Positions 10,909 through 20,974 of a stretch of DNA of 64,000 bases are shown here, piece after piece. Below the pieces are notes generated by a model. That model ran no database searches. It saw only the letters and a list, made by a program, of their open reading frames with translations, and was not told the DNA's origin. The first letter of the stretch is position 1. The number at the start of each line of letters is the position of its first letter. A program made the translations under genes and the position numbers. This DNA comes from Nitrospirota bacterium (GTDB taxonomy: Bacteria > Nitrospirota > Nitrospiria > Nitrospirales > Nitrospiraceae), in assembly GCA_963701855.1 (NCBI GenBank), contig CAVPBK010000004.1, forward strand, positions 256,001 to 320,000. Direction: 5' to 3'.

Positions 10909-11268
10909 CTAAGCGACCGCCAGTGTCTCCATGGCCTGAGTTGCCCTGATTGTATCCATCACCTGCGTGAAACACCCCGGACAGTAGGTGTGCGTTTGAA
11001 GGCAATCGGCCGGATTGATGCCATGGGTCTTTCGATACGTTCGCTGCGTGACCCAGCATGCACGATCAAGATACGGGCCGATCTCGTCACGAATGAGTCG
11101 GCAGAGACAACAGACAGGGAGTAGTGGCGTCTCTGTCCTCAAAGCGGACGGAGCGGCATGCGTGGTCTTAGCGAACAGGGTGTTAACAGAGCCAACCGCT
11201 CCGCCTTTCATGGCTCCGCTCCCTATATCCATGCTGCGCGACATCAGACTTCGCCTCGTCAGTCCCAT
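10909..11268 (-). CDS. stand-alone double-CxxC putative Zn-binding domain protein
   Basis: LLPVCCLCRLIRD...W...THTYCPGC. Start uncertain. Confidence 0.6.
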   Translation of the reverse strand: MGLTRRSLMSRSMDIGSGAMKGGAVGSVNTLFAKTTHAAPSALRTETPLLPVCCLCRLIRDEIGPYLDRACWVTQRTYRKTHGINPADCLQTHTYCPGCFTQVMDTIRATQAMETLAVA

Positions 11269-11496
11269 GATGGATCGCCTGTTGGCTGTGGCCCTACGCG
11301 CGGTAAGCCTGATGCGTCCTCTTTCTCGTGAGTTCGCCTCATCGCCCTTCGAGTCTGCTTATGCTGATGAGCGGCCTGTTCATGAGGCTCTTCGGTTTTC
11401 TCGTATTGGTCGACGGCTTGTTTTGCCATGGTCGTCTCCTTTGAAGGGTTCGCTGTAGTATGCCGATCAGACAGCGCGCCGTCTGATCACAATTGC

Positions 11497-11916
<420 letters not shown>

Positions 11917-11986
11917 TCACTGATTCTGCTGAAAGTGGCGAGTTCGCGCGCATACCGCTTCGCAACGGATCTCGCTCCTGTGTTCG

Positions 11987-12292
11987 CTAATAGATGATGG
12001 GTGGGCGCTTCTCATTGATCACCAGCATCAATCGTTGTTGTTGCAGGGGTCGCTCGGGATCTCGCGTGTAGTGAGAGAAGTCATCTGTCACCTCAACCTG
12101 GCTGAGCGGAACGGAGATCTTCTGTTTCAAATGGACCACGTGCGTTTCGATCGAGAGGTCCACCGATTGATCCGTGCAGCCCGTCACTGTGGTGTTCAGG
12201 TCCGGCGCATCGAGAAAATGCACCGTGACCCGCTCTTCCGGATTAATCCACGGACGGATTCGGTTCTGCTTTTCCTCATTCGTCAAGTGCAC
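11987..12292 (-). CDS. conserved-looking hypothetical protein
   Basis: AAGGAG RBS before GTG; beta-rich ORF ...RIRPWINPEERVTVHF...RPPIIY. Confidence 0.6.
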   Translation of the reverse strand: MHLTNEEKQNRIRPWINPEERVTVHFLDAPDLNTTVTGCTDQSVDLSIETHVVHLKQKISVPLSQVEVTDDFSHYTRDPERPLQQQRLMLVINEKRPPIIY

Positions 12293-12727
12293 GCTCTCCT
12301 TCACGCTGGAACAAATGATCCGAGCAGTTAACCCAACTAAGATGGTCGGTTGCTTGTGTCGCCATGGTCGTCTCCTTGAACAGTTCCCCATAGTATGCTG
12401 AGAAGACAGCGTAGGGTCTGTTCACATTTGCTCACTGTTAAAAAAATATCTGGCAGACCGCAGGACGCTATTCCTATGCGAAGATTCAGCAGGAAAACGG
12501 GAACCTAGGACTTAGTGGATCAACTTTTTAACTCGAGCGAGAAGCGGCTGGCCCGGACGCTGCTGATATTGGCCCAGCTTCATCAATTTTTCAAACTGAG
12601 CACTTTGAGTCAGTTCCCATCCGGCCAAGGGTCCAGCATGATCGTATGGTTTAGAGGCAGCGTTTGATTGTCGCCTGACACGTGAACAGTATCCACGGCT
12701 CTCGACGAGAGCGGAACAGGAGGACTT

Positions 12728-12916
12728 ATGGCATGCGCACGATGCGGTGGGTTTCTAGTGATTGAGGACTGGGATGGTTTCGTCAGCAGTTTCCGTGAGA
12801 AGCAGCTCCGGAGTATGGAATGTGTGAGATGTGTAAACTGTGGGTCCATCGACGATGCCGTGACCCTTGCGAATCGTCGTATTGAAAGGAGCACGATATG
12901 CTGTACTACGCACTGA
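12728..12916 (+). CDS. small Zn-ribbon protein
   Basis: AGGAGG RBS; MACARCGG...RCVNCG. Confidence 0.65.
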   Translation: MACARCGGFLVIEDWDGFVSSFREKQLRSMECVRCVNCGSIDDAVTLANRRIERSTICCTTH

Positions 12917-13065
12917 TGTTCTTGGTGATTGGAGTGATTGCCGGAGCTCTGAATATGGCCGGGGTGGCCGCGGTGGCGGTTCAGATTTCCTGGATCCTGT
13001 TATTGATCGGGATCGTGTTGCTGGTAATCCATCTGATCACGAATCGCTCCATCCGGGCCGTCTGA
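12898..13065 (+). CDS. DUF1328 family small membrane protein (not in ORF track)
   Basis: Manual translation MLYYALMFLVIGVIAGALNMAGVAAVAVQISWILLLIGIVLLVIHLITNRSIRAV*, preceded by an AAAGGAG RBS. Confidence 0.85.
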   Translation: MLYYALMFLVIGVIAGALNMAGVAAVAVQISWILLLIGIVLLVIHLITNRSIRAV

Positions 13066-13352
13066 TCAGCAGATTCATCTGAACCAGAGCGTGGATCGAC
13101 GATCGACCGTTGTGGCTATTCAGGGAGATTCCGATGCAACTGGCAGACACCCCCGGTAAGGGGGATCGTATTGAGGCGCAGGTGAACCCTGAAAATCATG
13201 CGCTGTCGATTCGCTCAGCCCGAGGAACTGAGTAGGCATTGTTCTAGTGAACATCTGCAGGTGAGCGACGCGAGAATTTGCCGCAGCCGTCTTTTAGTGC
13301 TTAGCCAAGTGCAGGTTTCATGTTTTTCATTTTTTTTAACAGGGAGATTCAC

Positions 13353-13628
13353 ATGAGCAGATTCATGATTGTCGCAATGGCATTTCTATTCGTGTTCGTT
13401 GGAATGCAGCAGCTTGCCCAAGCCGATGAGGTGAAGGCCGCTGTTGAAGATGCGAAGGGAAAAGCGAACGCGAACGCTGAGAAGGCCAAAGGGGAAGCGA
13501 AAGCCCTCACGGAAGAAGCCCAAGGGAATAAGGTGAAAGGCGAGATGGAACGGGCGAAAGGACAAACCAAAGCAGCCGGAAAGCGAATTAAAGGCGAAGC
13601 GAAAGAACTGAAAGCCAAGACAGAGTAA
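13353..13628 (+). CDS. CsbD/LEA-like secreted stress protein
   Basis: Signal peptide ending AQA, followed by Lys/Ala/Glu-rich repeats (EKAKGEAK, ERAKGQTK). Confidence 0.65.
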   Translation: MSRFMIVAMAFLFVFVGMQQLAQADEVKAAVEDAKGKANANAEKAKGEAKALTEEAQGNKVKGEMERAKGQTKAAGKRIKGEAKELKAKTE

Positions 13629-13877
13629 ATAGGCCGACCGGGTGGGGGCTAATTGACCAGATTGTTTCCTATCTTCTCGCCAGCATGATTAGGTGTGTTC
13701 GGTCGTCCCTCGTTCAGCGATCTCACATATCTCGGAACAAGGGGTCATAGACCTGCGAACACCGCTGAGGGATGGGGTTGCCAGGCGAGTTCCGAGTTCC
13801 ATGTGGAGGGGTTAGTAAAAAACAAAACTCGACTTGTCCAAAATTAGGTGGGGCCGTACAGGCATCGAGAGAAAGGT

Positions 13878-13907
13878 GGCTGGCCGACTCTCATGAGTCG
13901 ACCAGCC
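13878..13907 (-). terminator. stem-loop downstream of the RiPP-like precursor
   Basis: ggctgg-c-cgactc/tcat/gagtcg-a-ccagcc hairpin about 11 nt after the stop codon, followed by a pyrimidine run on the minus strand. Confidence 0.55.
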
Positions 13908-13918
13908 CCGAGGTTTAT

Positions 13919-14062
13919 CTAGCGATGGCCATTGGAATGGCCAAACAAACGGCCAAACGCGTTCCCATGATGACCGCCAGAAGCCTTTGCAGTGATGTCC
14001 CGCAGCAACTCGTGCGTCACGAGCGCTGGCTGGACATACGCCTCTTTCTTCTCTGTGTTCAT
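13919..14062 (-). CDS. putative RiPP precursor peptide with lasso-type leader (47 aa, not in ORF track)
   Basis: MNTEKKEAYVQPALVTHELLRDITAKASGGHHGNAFGRLFGHSNGHR*. It has a YxxPxL motif and an ITA leader end. The AGGAGG RBS overlaps the end of the upstream PqqD-family gene. Confidence 0.75.
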   Translation of the reverse strand: MNTEKKEAYVQPALVTHELLRDITAKASGGHHGNAFGRLFGHSNGHR

Positions 14063-14068
14063 TCTTCC

Positions 14069-14410
14069 TCACCTCCTTTCCTGTTGAAGTAGTTTCTCCT
14101 GGACCAGATGGTTGACCAGGGAAACAAGATCGTCCCGGGCTTGCTCGGGGGCGACATCAAAGCGGTCGCTCAGTACCGCATGAATGTCGCTGATGGTGTT
14201 GTGGCCGGTACAGTGCTCCCAAATGACGCTGCCCAACCGGTTCAGGGTGTAGTACCGCCCGGTGCTCAGGTTCAACAGCACCGTCTCGCCATCCAGGCTC
14301 GTGCCCTGCACATCGGGGCTGGGCCGGAGGATGATTCGACCCAGCATCGTGCGGTCGATGGCAGGCTCTGTTGCGAATAGTGGTGGAGTCGTCCGCAGTG
14401 GGTCCGCCAT
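14069..14410 (-). CDS. PqqD-family RiPP recognition element (RRE) protein
   Basis: LDGETVLLNLSTGRYYTLNRLGSVIWE...IHAVLSDRFDVAPEQARDDLVSLVNHL is a lasso B1/PqqD pattern. GAGGAGG RBS before ATG 14410. Confidence 0.9.
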   Translation of the reverse strand: MADPLRTTPPLFATEPAIDRTMLGRIILRPSPDVQGTSLDGETVLLNLSTGRYYTLNRLGSVIWEHCTGHNTISDIHAVLSDRFDVAPEQARDDLVSLVNHLVQEKLLQQERR

Positions 14411-14835
14411 GGGCCTGTCCTCCTCGGTCTGTTGTTCTATGACTTGCGCTATGGCGACAACATTGCGTTGGCCAGTCCAAATTCCCTTAACCACCACAAT
14501 CATCGGTAGAATCTGACTGGGCTCAACTCTGCTCAAAAAATATACTCTGCCGGAACTACCCCCCTAGAGTTCGATACAATAAGGGTTAGCAGGACCAATA
14601 TACTGGTCACTTTTGACCACTATCAGATCTGCGCGAATTGGTTCTGATATAGGGCTGGAGCCAGGTGTACTACGACGTTAGAAATGAGCGCAGGATGGGG
14701 CAGCCATGAGCCGAGGAAGCAGCCGGAAACGAAATGCCACTAATGGAACGGCAGGCTAGCAAGCTGCAGAAAAGCCATTTTGCACAGCAGAACTTCAATG
14801 GCCTGCACGTCTGTGACAAGAGGAGATCCCCCTCC

Positions 14836-14960
14836 GCAGGATGCTCAAAAAGTATGTCCAGCAAGGCCGCAGCACGCGAAGAGGCAATGCGTACTCTTTC
14901 GGTACGTGGAGCCTCTTAAGGAATCGAGAACGCCGCCGGTGGACGTTTTCAGCATCCTGC
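14836..14960. mobile_element. MITE-like element (copy 1)
   Basis: Terminal inverted repeats GCAGGATGCTCAAAA ... TTTTCAGCATCCTGC followed by TAG. Internally similar to 47776-47899. Confidence 0.65.
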
Positions 14961-14996
14961 TAGGAGCCTGTCACAAGTCAGCGAGGTAGGACAGTC

Positions 14997-15450
14997 ATGA
15001 GACGAGCCATGATTACGCTGATCTGGCTTATCACGGCTGCCCTGTTACTCCTTGTTTCACAAGTTGCCTTTGCGAACAGCTTCTCCGCCCCTTGTCTCGG
15101 ACCTCGACGGCGAGACCATCGAAGTCCTCCACAACCAACACCCTGACCGCATCCGCCTCAGCGGCATCGATTGCCCAGAGAAAGGCCGGGCCTACGGGAA
15201 ACGAGCCAAGCAGGCCGCGTCTGAGCTTGTGTTTGGCAAAGAAATCACGCTTCAGACTCACGGCTTCGACAAATACGGGCGTACCCTTGCCGATGTGCTT
15301 TGACCCGATGGCACAAACGTCAACCACTCGCTAGTTAAAGATGGCTGGTGCTGGTGGAATCGGAAGTATGCGCCAGAGAATACGGTGCTAGAAGGGCTGG
15401 AGAAAAACGCACGAGAAGCCAAGAAAGGGTTGTGGGCGGATCCGAATCCC
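14997..15450 (+). pseudogene. thermonuclease (SNase-like) gene, disrupted
   Basis: DGETIEV, RIRLSGIDCPEKG, DKYGRTLADV, an in-frame TGA at 15301-15303, then NVNHSLVKDGWCWW...AREAKKGLWADP. Confidence 0.85.
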
Positions 15451-15646
15451 TTGCTCCACCTGTCGATAAGGGGCAAAGGATCGTTTCGGCTGGTCTGTAG
15501 CGGTACGCCAAAGAGTAGAAATCTTTCTCCACATTTTCCCCAGTTCTGCGGAAACGCTATGCTACAAGCCGCATTGATAGTGGAGTGGGTACTTTGAGTT
15601 TTCAGGTGGGTAGTTGGAGGTAGTAACAGACAGTTGCAGGTTGTCA

Positions 15647-15674
15647 GGCGGTTCAACTCCCCTGCCCTCCACCA
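15647..15674 (+). other. tRNA/tmRNA-like 3' end remnant (possible att site)
   Basis: GGCGG-TTCAACT-CCCCT-GCCCTCC-A-CCA resembles a T-arm plus acceptor 3' strand plus CCA. No 5' half is recognisable. Confidence 0.4.
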
Positions 15675-16364
15675 GCTTTTTGACCTGTAGCCAGCCGTAG
15701 TAATCCCGCATAGTCACCCACACTTCGCTGTCAGGTAGCAGGTAGACGAGACGCCGCCCCGTCTTGCGGCTTGATTCGTACCCTTCTAGCCTGGACTTCC
15801 CTGTGCGGTTCCCATGCCCTTCACGCTTCGTCCCTATCGTCGCTTTCTTGTCCAACGCTCCGTCACGTACCACACGGAGTCATTTCAAGGCCAAGGCACA
15901 ATCTTGTATCTCTTGTGTACCGCCTGACGTCTCTCCGGCGATCTGCCCATGCGACCAGGGGAAACGCTCTCGGTGACCGTCGCACTGCCCAATGAGCAAC
16001 GGATAGAAGTACCTAAGACCGTCGTGTGATGGTCGAGGGGTCAGGAGTTTGCGGTTGAGAATATTTCCGTCGAGCCGCACACACATGCATGGCTGCGACA
16101 CTCGTGAAACGATTGGTGCAGAAACCGAGCCATCCATAGGCACTTGATGAACTCGTAGAGCAATCGATCCGGCAATTCGCCCAGGAGGCACTCCGGAGAC
16201 GTGGTGGGAGAAGGAACATGATTGGGTAAACCGATATGTCTTCGACTATCTTATTAACTACTGTGCCCCTGGTGGCCTGCTGTATGGTTCGGGCCAAATC
16301 GGAATAGAAGTCGGTGTTCCTCAACCGCCAGGTTATAAGAGGAAGGGAGTTCTGCGAGATGTGG

Positions 16365-17789
16365 TTATCTGGGAGCAACCAGGGGCCACCTGTTGAAACT
16401 CTTGATGGCATAGCTGAACCAAGACCCGTTGCTCGCACCCCCCCGTTCGCTATTGGTCGGATGTTCTGGCTTCAACGAAAGTTCCTTGGCTCGACAGGCA
16501 GCATCTTTAAAACGTGGACTCATTAGAGCAATACGGCGGTATACGGTTACCGCTTCTGCTATCTGCCCGACTGATTCGAGGGTCCGTGCGAGAAAATACT
16601 GGACATCGATAACCTCTTCCTGAGATGCCGACTGATCGTTCAAGGCAGCGTGGAACGCCCGAATCGCGGCCCCATGGTCTCCCGCAGACCTGTAGCAGAG
16701 TCCAATCTGCGCCTGAGCTTTCAGTTGATAGGACGGACTCTTTCCCGCCAGCTCGAGCATCTCGATAGCCTCTGTCCATTGGCCTTCCTTCCTCATGGCT
16801 ACTCCCTTTGCATAGAGGAGGGGCTCGAGGGTGCCGACCGAATGCGTGGCTGTGAGTTCCGGAGATGGACTTGCCTGCCTCCACTGCGGTGAGCTGGGTT
16901 GCAGAGGGGCAGCATCGATCTCGCTAGGATCTTCCGGAACATTGGCCCAAACACACAAGCTTTCTCGTGCCGCAAGCGGTAGAATTTTGCTTTTACTTCG
17001 CTCGAAAGCGGCCTGAGCGACGAGCTTGGATGTAATGATCGGAGCCTGCTCTGCAAAGCCATAGGTCAACGCAATATTGGACACCTGATTGATGAGACGA
17101 GGATTACCTCTCGTCAAACGATGCACCAAGGCACAGGCTTTATTCGTAAACAATGAGGGATGTCCGCCGGCAACGTTTAACCGGTGACGAATGTAATGCC
17201 CCGTCTCAGCCTCTGAAAGCGGTTCTAAGTGATAGTCGACGACAACCCGTTGGGCAAACTGAATCATGTCGATCCGTTGCAGTAATATGTGAAGGTCCGG
17301 CTGGCCGGAAAGGATGATCTGCAGCTTCAACGCTTTCCCATCGTTTAAATTGGACAGAAGCCGCAGTTCTTCGAGCAGTTCGGTACCAAGACTCTGGGCT
17401 TCATCAATAAGAAGAATGACCCGTCGGTGCTGTTTAGATTCCTGAATCAGAAACTCCGAGAAGACATGATAGGCCTCAACCGGGTCCAGCTGCTTCTGGC
17501 TCAACCCGAGGGAAAGCAGAACCCAGGGAAGGAGATGTTCAATGTCATAGCGCGCGTTCGTGACAAGACCGATCGAATGCTTCTCCCTATGCTCTGAAAT
17601 AAGTTTCTGCAGGAGGGACGTCTTGCCCATCCCTGGATCGCCGGTGAGCACCATAAACGGCGCCTCGTTGATAAGTCCATACTCCAAGCTGCTGTAGGCC
17701 GCGCGATGCGTGGAGCCGGGATACAGAAAGTCGCTATCCGGCAGGAGCGCGAAAGGTTTGGTCCGAAGATTGTAAACCGACTCGTACAT
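16365..17789 (-). CDS. ExeA/GspA-like AAA ATPase with C-terminal TPRs
   Basis: MYESVYNLRTKPF, Walker A GDPGMGKTS, Walker B LLIDEAQ, ILSGQPDL, GNPRLINQV, and TPR-like helices at the C-terminus. Confidence 0.9.
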   Translation of the reverse strand: MYESVYNLRTKPFALLPDSDFLYPGSTHRAAYSSLEYGLINEAPFMVLTGDPGMGKTSLLQKLISEHREKHSIGLVTNARYDIEHLLPWVLLSLGLSQKQLDPVEAYHVFSEFLIQESKQHRRVILLIDEAQSLGTELLEELRLLSNLNDGKALKLQIILSGQPDLHILLQRIDMIQFAQRVVVDYHLEPLSEAETGHYIRHRLNVAGGHPSLFTNKACALVHRLTRGNPRLINQVSNIALTYGFAEQAPIITSKLVAQAAFERSKSKILPLAARESLCVWANVPEDPSEIDAAPLQPSSPQWRQASPSPELTATHSVGTLEPLLYAKGVAMRKEGQWTEAIEMLELAGKSPSYQLKAQAQIGLCYRSAGDHGAAIRAFHAALNDQSASQEEVIDVQYFLARTLESVGQIAEAVTVYRRIALMSPRFKDAACRAKELSLKPEHPTNSERGGASNGSWFSYAIKSFNRWPLVAPR

Positions 17790-18332
17790 TCAGGGTTACC
17801 TTCCGACAGGAGGAATTTGAATCTAGTGAGAGAGCAGCTTTCGCAAACTAGCAGGGGTTGCTGCCATTTGCCCAGCCTTGTTCAGCCCCGTCTCCAACAC
17901 AGAGACGGGAATTCTTCACCAACGACCGACATCGTAAACTTCGGACTATCCCACGAGTTCTGTTGTTTCCCCTGAGCCATCATGTTATGCGCAGGATAGT
18001 GTGGGAAAGGGGTGCTTGGCCATTCCTCAGGAGGTGGGGAACCTACCCGAAATGGTGGTATCGCAAAACACCGCAGAGCTAATCCGCAGCGGGTGCCGCC
18101 GTGGGAGTGGCGGAAGCGGAAGTGAGTTGAGAATCGAGCGGGCCCCAGACTTTCTTCTCCATCGTTCGCATGTCGCCAATGACGTGCGCAATCTCCCCTG
18201 AGGCGATCCTTCCTTCTAAGGCCAGGAACCCTGCTTCCGAGGTACTTCCTTTAGGTCTGTCGCTGGCCAAGACATGCGCTAGTCTTTGTCCATGAGCGAT
18301 ATGTTCCACAGCCTTCACCAAGGAGGACGATC

Positions 18333-18578
18333 ATGACCTGTTCACGCTGCTCTGGTTTCATGGTAGAAGATCACTTCCTAGACCTTCAGGGCTCATATGG
18401 ACAGATGTGGACGGCCAGTTGGCGTTGTGTAAATTGCGGTCGTGTCCACGACTCCGCGATCGAGCAGAATCGCCTGGCCCGACAGGAGAAGGTCTTGGCA
18501 CTCCCAAGTGGTGAGCCAGATTATCAGGATGACGAAGTTCATCTTGGAGCAGAGTCCATCATCAGACAAGCGGCCTGA
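18333..18578 (+). CDS. small Zn-ribbon protein
   Basis: AAGGAGG RBS; MTCSRCSGFMVEDHFLD...WRCVNCG. Confidence 0.75.
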   Translation: MTCSRCSGFMVEDHFLDLQGSYGQMWTASWRCVNCGRVHDSAIEQNRLARQEKVLALPSGEPDYQDDEVHLGAESIIRQAA

Positions 18579-18888
18579 TGTAACCTGGCCGTGCGACCAC
18601 AATTCTCTGACGCTTAACTCGCTTCCCACGCAGCAAACTGTAAACAGTCGGTGTGAATCTATGCGTCGAGCACCTTGAACAGGCCTCCGCCTGCCGACAC
18701 CGTCTCCCTCCACCCGTCTTTGTCTCACGCCACACAAACCTGACACGATACGGGTCGATACAAAGCGCCCCCATTCGGAGTTACTTCCTTGTGGTCTGTC
18801 CCTCTTCCAAGGCCTCCTCTACGCTTCTCTCTAGAGGAACCGGCCATCGAACCAGGAAGTCACGGAGGGCCGTCAACGAGATACATCC

Positions 18889-19251
18889 ATGGCAACAATA
18901 CTCGTCATTGATGATCAGGAACCAATACGCGCACTCCTCCGTGCCGCGCTGGGAGGGAACGGCCATGAAGTCCTCGAAGCATCGAATGGCCTGCTTGGTC
19001 TTGAGCGGTATCGCGATCGAGCAGCGGACTTAATCATCACCGATATGGCCATGCCTGAGATGAACGGCCTTGAAATGATGTTGGAGCTGAACAGGTGCTT
19101 TCCCAAGGTAAAAATCATCGCTATGTCCGGTGGCCCAGAGAGAGAGGGCGGGCTACAGGCGGCCAAGCTGTTGGGTGCGCGTCAGACGTTTCAAAAGCCC
19201 TTTGATATGAGAGCGTTGCTCGATGCCGTTCGATACGAATTGGCGCATTAG
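18889..19251 (+). CDS. single-domain response regulator (receiver)
   Basis: ILVIDD, LIITDMAMPEMNG, IIAMSG, FQKPF. Confidence 0.9.
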   Translation: MATILVIDDQEPIRALLRAALGGNGHEVLEASNGLLGLERYRDRAADLIITDMAMPEMNGLEMMLELNRCFPKVKIIAMSGGPEREGGLQAAKLLGARQTFQKPFDMRALLDAVRYELAH

Positions 19252-19474
19252 CGGCCAAGGATGACGCCTCCCCAGATCGCTAAAGCGCAATGGCTGGCGC
19301 GGGAGCGGGAACCGAAGGGATTGCACGCCTTTGGCTGAGTCACGCCATGCCAATATCCGTCTGCCGATCAATACCACCATTTTCTTTCCCACTTCTCGCC
19401 TTGCGGTTTCCTCAGTCCATTCCTAGAATACGCCACCCCGCGAGACCCCTATGCCATTCTCTGGGTGCTGAGTA

Positions 19475-19771
19475 GTGGATCGGCGTTTCGGAGTGGCAGG
19501 AGTGACTATATACGCCGATCCAGGCACCATTCGCCGCAAAGGGAATCTGGTGAAGGTGTGGCATGTGAACGACTTCAAGACTGTACAAATCGTAAAGGGC
19601 AACTCGTATTTGTCTATCAAGACGCAACACCAGCAAGACTGCACAGGAGACTGTGAACGGATACTTGCGCTTATGACGTTCTCTGGAAATATGGGGAATG
19701 GGAAGGTGGTCTATAGAGACTCACATGAAGGAAAGTGGAGACCTGTTGCACCAGGGAGCCTCACGATCTAG
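19475..19771 (+). pseudogene. surface-adhesin E-like protein, degraded
   Basis: TIYADPGTIRRKGNLVKVW..DFKT...YLSIK....DC...FSGNMGNGKVV...WRPVAPGS. The signal peptide region is out of frame. Confidence 0.6.
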
Positions 19772-19877
19772 GGGAACTTGTCTGCAACAAGCAGTGATCG
19801 CGCAGATAACTCTGTTTGGTTCGATAACGCAGCGGGGGACGACGCACTGACCATACAAAGTGTCGAGCACAACGGTC

Positions 19878-20242
19878 ATGAGAAGCTCTCCTGGAACTGG
19901 TGTTGCAGTTGCACGGCGAGTTCAGAAAACGTTTGGAGCCGATCTGCGTGACACCGCTCCAAGTGGGCGTGATTCTCTTTCTGCGTCGTCATGCTGACAC
20001 CAAACTGACGGATTCCGCAACCGCGTTGTGTGTCAGGCCGCCGACTCTGAGTGAGGCGGCACGAGACCTTTTGCGGAAGCGGTGGGCTATTAAGCGACGG
20101 TCGGTCCAGGATCGCCGTGCCGTGCACTTGTTGCTCAATCGGCGTGGTCACGCGCTCGCCCTCAAAAATGGAGCAGCGGATCCGCCACGTGGAGGGCACG
20201 CTGACCGAACAGGACCGAAGAGCCCCGGGCATCCGCATATAG
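19878..20242 (+). pseudogene. MarR-family regulator, frameshifted
   Basis: VTPLQVGVILFL...PTLSEAARDLLRKRW..RRSVQDRRAVHLLLNRRG. The C-terminus continues in another frame (EQRIRHVE...). Confidence 0.7.
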
Positions 20243-20335
20243 AGTAGACACTTTCGCAATCCTTCGGTGGCGGTGGGGCATGGGAGACGAAAAACCGTCC
20301 TTACAGCACTGGCGGGAAAATCGGCGTAGGCGATG

Positions 20336-20902
20336 CTAGGGTGCCTTGCAGATCGACGCTAGAGCTGCCAACCTCGTCCGAAGAAAATTTCTGATATTGT
20401 TCCACTGCACATCCCCGCTCACCATGCCTATAGGTGTTTGTGCATTTTGGAATCGGCTCTTCGCTGTCGGCCCACCAATTTGAAGAAGCACGGCTCTTGT
20501 CTCTGCGGCCCATATCCCCGCTTCTTTACCCCATCTCGCCGTGAATTCATCTCTCTGATCTCGAAAGGTTCCGGCCCTTCTACTCTGCCAGTACTCATTA
20601 TCAATGCGTTCTCTCAGTGCGTACCCATGCTCAAGCTGTTTGGTACATCTAGGGGCTGATGGAGTTGCGGCTGTTTGCCCCTCGGTTGTCTCTGGGGGCT
20701 TTTCAACTTCTCCATTATCCTGGCGCACTGTCCGCTCATCAGTGGTTGGTACCTTGAGCGGCGCGCTGCAGGCACTGAGAATTAGAAAGAGAAAAATACC
20801 AAGCAGTTTGTTTGCCATTGACATGTGCTCACCTTGCAGGTCCGGTTCAGAAGGATAGCTATTTCGACAAGCACAAGCAACTTCTATAGGAGCCGTCTTC
20901 AT
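20336..20902 (-). CDS. hypothetical lipoprotein
   Basis: MANKLLGIFLFLILSAC lipobox. The true start is probably downstream of the track start. Confidence 0.55.
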   Translation of the reverse strand: MKTAPIEVACACRNSYPSEPDLQGEHMSMANKLLGIFLFLILSACSAPLKVPTTDERTVRQDNGEVEKPPETTEGQTAATPSAPRCTKQLEHGYALRERIDNEYWQSRRAGTFRDQRDEFTARWGKEAGIWAAETRAVLLQIGGPTAKSRFQNAQTPIGMVSGDVQWNNIRNFLRTRLAALASICKAP

Positions 20903-20920
20903 CTTCTATTAAGGACGGAG

Positions 20921-20974
20921 TGTAGTGCTCCCCTGAAATCAAGCCACCTGGGTTGATTTCAGGGGAGCACTACA
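20921..20974. repeat. perfect 22-bp inverted repeat resembling joined IS3-family ends
   Basis: TGTAGTGCTCCCCTGAAATCAA-gccacctggg-TTGATTTCAGGGGAGCACTACA, with TG...CA termini. Confidence 0.7.

Noticed and set aside
6534..11000. Prophage (CI-like repressor plus small ORFs)
   Set aside because: No integrase, replication, terminase or structural genes, and no divergent cro-like gene.
13134..13235. Short ORF MQLADTPGKGDRIEAQVNPENHALSIRSARGTE
   Set aside because: It looks like the C-terminal remnant of a secreted protein and is too short to call.
13812..14072. 86-aa Trp-rich ORF as the RiPP precursor
   Set aside because: It overlaps the 47-aa ORF in another frame. Only the 47-aa frame has a well-spaced RBS, the YxxPxL leader and a hairpin directly after its stop.
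15600..15680. Complete tRNA gene
   Set aside because: No D-arm, anticodon arm or 5' acceptor strand pairing with GCCCTCC is present. Kept only as a possible att remnant.
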